Shown here: positions 59,756 to 64,000 of the stretch, piece after piece | Layout: each line of letters begins with the position of its first letter | Position numbering within the stretch: position 1 is the stretch's first letter | Assembly (NCBI GenBank): GCA_963745075.1 | Contig: CAVUWV010000015.1 | Span: forward strand, 96,001 to 160,000 | Length of the DNA stretch: 64,000 nt | Source: Candidatus Hydrogenedentota bacterium | GTDB lineage: Bacteria; Hydrogenedentota; Hydrogenedentia; Hydrogenedentales; SLHB01 | Direction: 5' to 3' | Position numbers and translations under genes: made by a program | Notes under the pieces: model-generated | The model's database searches: none | Seen by the model: the letters and a program-made list of their open reading frames with translations, nothing else | Told to the model about the DNA's origin: nothing

Positions 59756-60619
59756 TCATCTTACCAAGCCGGTCATGGCTTCGCTAATGTCCCACAACCG
59801 CTTCGCGGCCGCGGCATCGTGCGACTCGGCCGAGGACGGTCGCCCGGTACAATTGACAAAGTACTTGCCCGTCACCCCTTCCACTTCGGGCGAGGAGGCG
59901 AGATAGATCGACGTAGCGGCGCCCCGCAAAGGGCTTCGCAACAGAAACCCGAACGTCTTCATCAGTAACCGTAGGGGGGTCGCCATGTCCCGCGTGATGT
60001 TGGTGCGGACGACACCGGGATGCAGGCAATTGGCGGTGACGCCGGTACCGTTCAGGCGGTGCGCCAACTCATAGGTGAAAAGCACGTTGGCCAGTTTGCT
60101 TTCCCCATAGACACGATAGGCGTGGTACGCCTTCGCGCGTCCGAGGTCGTCAAAATCGATCCGGCGCCCGGCATGCATGTCCGACGAGACGGTGATAATG
60201 CGAGACGGTGCAGATCGCCTCAGCGTGTCGAGCAGCAGGTTCGTGAGCAGAAAAGGTGCCAGATGGTTCACCGCGAACGTTGACTCGACGCCGTCCTCGG
60301 TGAGCCGGCGCTGGGTCGCGATGATTCCCGCATTGTTGATCAAGACGTGAAGCGCCTCGTGGGTATCCAGAACCCGTGCCACCAAGTCCCGCACCGATCG
60401 CTGCGACATGAAATCCGCCGTCAACAGACAGACCGATCCCGCGGAAGCAACGGACTCGATACGGCGTTTAACCTGGTCGCAGCGGTCCCGGTCGCGACCT
60501 GTGATGATGACCGACGCCCCTAACCGGGCGAGGCCCAGCGCGGTCGCGGCGCCAACGCCGGAACTCGCGCCGGTAATGAGACAAACTCTGCCATCCATGC
60601 GAGGTTGATTGAACGTCAT
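59756..60619 (-). CDS. SDR oxidoreductase (retinol-dehydrogenase-like)
   Basis: TGASSGVG, NNAG, NHLAPFLLT, YGESKLAN, HPGVV. Confidence 0.92.
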   Translation of the reverse strand: MTFNQPRMDGRVCLITGASSGVGAATALGLARLGASVIITGRDRDRCDQVKRRIESVASAGSVCLLTADFMSQRSVRDLVARVLDTHEALHVLINNAGIIATQRRLTEDGVESTFAVNHLAPFLLTNLLLDTLRRSAPSRIITVSSDMHAGRRIDFDDLGRAKAYHAYRVYGESKLANVLFTYELAHRLNGTGVTANCLHPGVVRTNITRDMATPLRLLMKTFGFLLRSPLRGAATSIYLASSPEVEGVTGKYFVNCTGRPSSAESHDAAAAKRLWDISEAMTGLVR

Positions 60620-60673
60620 CGAACGCCCCTTGGTTCAGGAACGGAATCATACACCATGCCCCGCAACGAACCG

Positions 60674-63490
60674 TCACCCCCCAATCACTGGGATCGTCAA
60701 CAGCACAGGCTCCAACGGTTTCATCGTCAACGGGAAGTGAACGGTCTCATTGGTGAGCAAGTTCGTCGCACCTTCACCAGAGTCCGGACCCACCAGACGA
60801 ACAATCCGGTCGTTTCGGGTGAAGTTGGTGAGGTTGACCAGCAGTTTCCCGTCAAATTCCGTTGCGCGCACGTTCACGCCCCAAACAGGTTCGTCGTATT
60901 CGCCTTTGAGGCGCACGGGGCGTCGAACTCCGGCCTCATCAAGCAGGGTATCCAGGATTTCACGGTACGCTCGGGAACTCAATGGGAAAGGGTACGTCAC
61001 GAGGCGCCCCGAACCCTCTGGATGCAATCGATCCGCCCTGGGACGGCTGCGTTCATCGTTCGCGAAGACGTCGCCCACCGCGAGCACAACGCCGCCTTTA
61101 TGGATATAGTCCTCGACCGCACGGACCACACTTTCGGGCGCATACATCGCCTTGGGAATCACGAGCAGCTTATACTTGGCCAGTCTTCCCGCCACGGTTT
61201 GCCGTTCCGTGATGAAGTCGAATACGGTGTCTGCGAAGTAGCCGCCTTCGAAGGCGCTTTTCGCCTCGGTCACGTAGTCCTGATTCGACAAAAGCGACGA
61301 ATACGAATAGAATATCGCCGCTTCGGACGGCGCTTGTTGCAGCGCGCGCATCTCCGGAGCCAGCCGTTCGAGATCGAGCGAAACATGACCCAGGGCCCGC
61401 ACGCAGTTGGGACGCGTCAAGATATTCTCCGACAAATCGCCGCCCTGGCCGCGGTCCCAGACCCACGTTGTCGAGGCGCCTTGTCCGTGCAAGGCCTGCG
61501 TCCAGATTGCCGTTCGGATCTGACCGTCGGGGATGTAGTGCCAATCGCCGTCCACGATGATGTGATCTTCGGAGTTGAAGATGGGGCTGTTCGGCGCGGT
61601 GCAATGTTGTAATGTGTAGTCCAGCGCGGTCTGGGTCCACTCTTGCGCGAACTCGCCCGAGGGCTCATCGTTGTACATCTGGGAACAATCGTTGCCCGCA
61701 ATGGCGCCGAGCTGATTGAAATCTTCGAAGTTGATGCCGTTCTCGAACTGGCCGGGGTCGCGGAAGGCGTACGACATCACCTTGGCGTGAACGGGGAGAT
61801 GCGGGTCGTACTCGTGAATGATCGACTTCTCGAACTCGTGAAACTCGAGAAACCGGTCTTGGTTGAACCGGCACCAGTCGAAGAACAGGGCATAGTTGTC
61901 GCGGTTCGTGGGCATGGGAACGTCGAGCCACTCGCCATACGCGGTGCCGTACACGTTGTTGAGCTTCTCGATACTCCCGTATTCGTGTTTCAGCCAGTCC
62001 GAAAACATCGTCTTCGAGCGCGCGCATTGGCCGCGGTATTGGGGTTCGTTACTCAAACAAATGCTGTGTAACGCAGGATGCCCCTTAATCAGCGGCATCA
62101 ACGCGCGGAGCCACTTTTCGATAACGGCGCGTGACTCGGGCGCGTCGATACAGTACTTCATGAAGCCGTAGCCGCACTCGGCCAATTCCGGGTTGCGATC
62201 GATCGCCCACTGCGGGAAGTAATGGGGAGACACCAACAAGTTCACCGCGACGTTGTTTTCGGCGGCGACATCCAGCCAATGGACCACGTTGTCCTGAATC
62301 GCTTGGACATCGACGGTATCCGGATCGGGCAAGCCCCGGCTCGGCCCCATCTCGAATTGCACGATGTTCAAGCCATACTCATTCAGAATCGGCAGGTCTT
62401 GCCGGACTTGGTTGAAATGTCCGACCCCTGTGAAAAAGACCGGGCGGTTGTCCTGCCAAAAGTCCCCGTCGTGGATGGTGAAAGAGCCGGTATGGTAGCG
62501 GGGAACCGGTGCGCCGGGGTCCTTCGATTGGATCGTCGCTTCCAGCTGTTCTGCGGTTTCGTCAGCCAGCCGATCGAGGTAACGGGCGATCTTGACAGCG
62601 CGGATGGCGTGCCGCGGGTCCCCGTCGTTTAGATCGTCCTGGGCGTATTGGAGAAAACTCCGAATCACGCGAAGGTCCGATTCGATGTAGGCGTCGCGCC
62701 ATCCCAGATTTGACGACGATGCCCGTCGTCCGTCGAGATTCGCGAGGCGCTGGGAAACTTTCTCGATTGTGCCGTCAAACGAATCTTCGTCGGCATGGAG
62801 CGCGGCGACGCCGTTCTTCGCCGAGGCCAGAAACCCGTCGACATCCTCCGCGTAATAGGCTTTCATATCGACAGCGCCTATTGCAGTGTCGATCCGGCCC
62901 TGCCAATGTTCGACATCCGACAGCGGCAGAAACGCGAAATCGTCGCTGGTATAGTCGCACTGGTCCAGCAAGTCATCGAGGGCCGCGTCCATGGTTTCGC
63001 TGCGGCTGGAGACGAGTTCAGCTTTGTACAACGCGCCGAAACCGGGGCCGTTCACACAGTGCAATGCCACCGTTATTCGCGCACCGGGTTTGGCATCTTC
63101 AGTAAGCACCACGTCGCCATTGTCCCACGTGAAGTCTTGTTTGAACTCTCCGTTAACATACGCCTTGGCCCCATTGTCGACCCCGAGCTTCAAGCGAACG
63201 GTCGCGCCGTCCGTGGGCAAACCGTGTATCTTGTCGGGCATGGTAATCATCGTCCGGAACCAACAGGTCGAGTCGTTGGGCCACCAGATGTGCCGCACCG
63301 TGACGAGGTCCCACTCGGAATCGTCGTAATCGGCCCGTTCCGCGCCATCTACTTCCCCGGGATGAAATCGCCAATCCGGGACGGGGGCACGAAGAAGGTC
63401 TCGCAGTTCGGACCGGCTGATCTGGCCCCACGCCGCCGCGGATACGCTCATCAGCGCAAGTGTCAACAGAAGCACGGGCAATCGTCGCAT
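60674..63490 (-). CDS. Secreted beta-galactosidase-like (GH42-like) protein with N-terminal galactose-binding domain
   Basis: Signal peptide, LSNEP, WLKHEYGSIEKLN..YGT, trimerisation-like C-terminus (AAIFYS, YKLLVIP). Confidence 0.75.
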   Translation of the reverse strand: MRRLPVLLLTLALMSVSAAAWGQISRSELRDLLRAPVPDWRFHPGEVDGAERADYDDSEWDLVTVRHIWWPNDSTCWFRTMITMPDKIHGLPTDGATVRLKLGVDNGAKAYVNGEFKQDFTWDNGDVVLTEDAKPGARITVALHCVNGPGFGALYKAELVSSRSETMDAALDDLLDQCDYTSDDFAFLPLSDVEHWQGRIDTAIGAVDMKAYYAEDVDGFLASAKNGVAALHADEDSFDGTIEKVSQRLANLDGRRASSSNLGWRDAYIESDLRVIRSFLQYAQDDLNDGDPRHAIRAVKIARYLDRLADETAEQLEATIQSKDPGAPVPRYHTGSFTIHDGDFWQDNRPVFFTGVGHFNQVRQDLPILNEYGLNIVQFEMGPSRGLPDPDTVDVQAIQDNVVHWLDVAAENNVAVNLLVSPHYFPQWAIDRNPELAECGYGFMKYCIDAPESRAVIEKWLRALMPLIKGHPALHSICLSNEPQYRGQCARSKTMFSDWLKHEYGSIEKLNNVYGTAYGEWLDVPMPTNRDNYALFFDWCRFNQDRFLEFHEFEKSIIHEYDPHLPVHAKVMSYAFRDPGQFENGINFEDFNQLGAIAGNDCSQMYNDEPSGEFAQEWTQTALDYTLQHCTAPNSPIFNSEDHIIVDGDWHYIPDGQIRTAIWTQALHGQGASTTWVWDRGQGGDLSENILTRPNCVRALGHVSLDLERLAPEMRALQQAPSEAAIFYSYSSLLSNQDYVTEAKSAFEGGYFADTVFDFITERQTVAGRLAKYKLLVIPKAMYAPESVVRAVEDYIHKGGVVLAVGDVFANDERSRPRADRLHPEGSGRLVTYPFPLSSRAYREILDTLLDEAGVRRPVRLKGEYDEPVWGVNVRATEFDGKLLVNLTNFTRNDRIVRLVGPDSGEGATNLLTNETVHFPLTMKPLEPVLLTIPVIGG

Positions 63491-63668
63491 GGCATGTTTC
63501 CCCTCGTTAGATATGCTGTAACTCATTGTAGGACTTGAAGAAAGTTGGTTCCACCCCCGGCTCGCGTAGCGCGTTGCCGGACCGGCCTCACCCACCCTAA
63601 GTTCGCGGAAATCCTTGACGTTATGGGGTCTGGTCTGGAATCATGGAGCGCAGGAGGCAATCGGTCTT

Positions 63669-64000
63669 ATGCTTATCCGAACTTTGAGTGTGGTGATCTG
63701 TGCATTTTTGGGGTTTCTTCCGTTGGTATTCGCGGAGGATCCACCGGCTCCTTCCGACACCAGCCAGCAGACCGTTGAGAGCTTCATTCAACTGTTGGAT
63801 GGCCTGAAAGACGAGCCTGCGTCGCGGGCCGCGGTCGAGAAGGTCATCACGGAACGCCTGGATGCAGCCAAGCAGGAGTCTTCCGGGATCCAGCCGCGGG
63901 TCGATGAGGTCACCGGGAAGCTCGACGCAGCGAACAAGCGGAAGAGCGAACTGGAAACCCAAATCAGCGATCTCTCCAAACAACTGGAGGCTGCCAAAGC
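63669..64000 (+). CDS. Secreted coiled-coil protein, partial; runs off window end
   Basis: MLIRTLSVVICAFLGFLPLVFA-EDPP...; SD AGGAGG; open to the window end. Confidence 0.7.
   Translation, partial: MLIRTLSVVICAFLGFLPLVFAEDPPAPSDTSQQTVESFIQLLDGLKDEPASRAAVEKVITERLDAAKQESSGIQPRVDEVTGKLDAANKRKSELETQISDLSKQLEAAK

Overview
GC-rich (~60%) bacterial chromosomal window. Gene style (DUF1559-like prepilin, DUF4032-like protein, Tat sulfatase, many secreted glycan enzymes) suggests a PVC- or Hydrogenedentota-type lineage; this is inference only. Most of it is housekeeping and metabolism: pfk, rhaA with an NCS1-like permease, greA-carB-rsmI, priA, lutC/lutB, four tRNAs (Thr, Phe, Leu, Cys), a TIGR03960/TIGR03936 radical SAM fusion, FKBP, SUI1, ahpC, an RND pump, trpS, pilins, a Clp ATPase, PP2C, a sulfatase and a beta-galactosidase-like gene. 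The most unusual parts are non-coding or tiny. (i) A repeat-rich variable island at 47.3-50.4 kb, where three ~145-bp structured direct repeats bracket a hicB-hicA module and gene fragments. (ii) A ~200-bp double-hairpin element present twice (6.2 kb, 37.2 kb) plus a partial copy. (iii) Two small ORFs with their own expression signals: a 31-aa Trp/Phe-rich peptide and a 55-aa precursor-like peptide. (iv) An atypical DUF4032/Clp ATPase/FHA cluster behind a sigma54-type pilin promoter. (v) Several degenerate signalling proteins. Four single-base frameshifts look like sequencing indels. All family assignments come from motif recognition by eye, not database searches.
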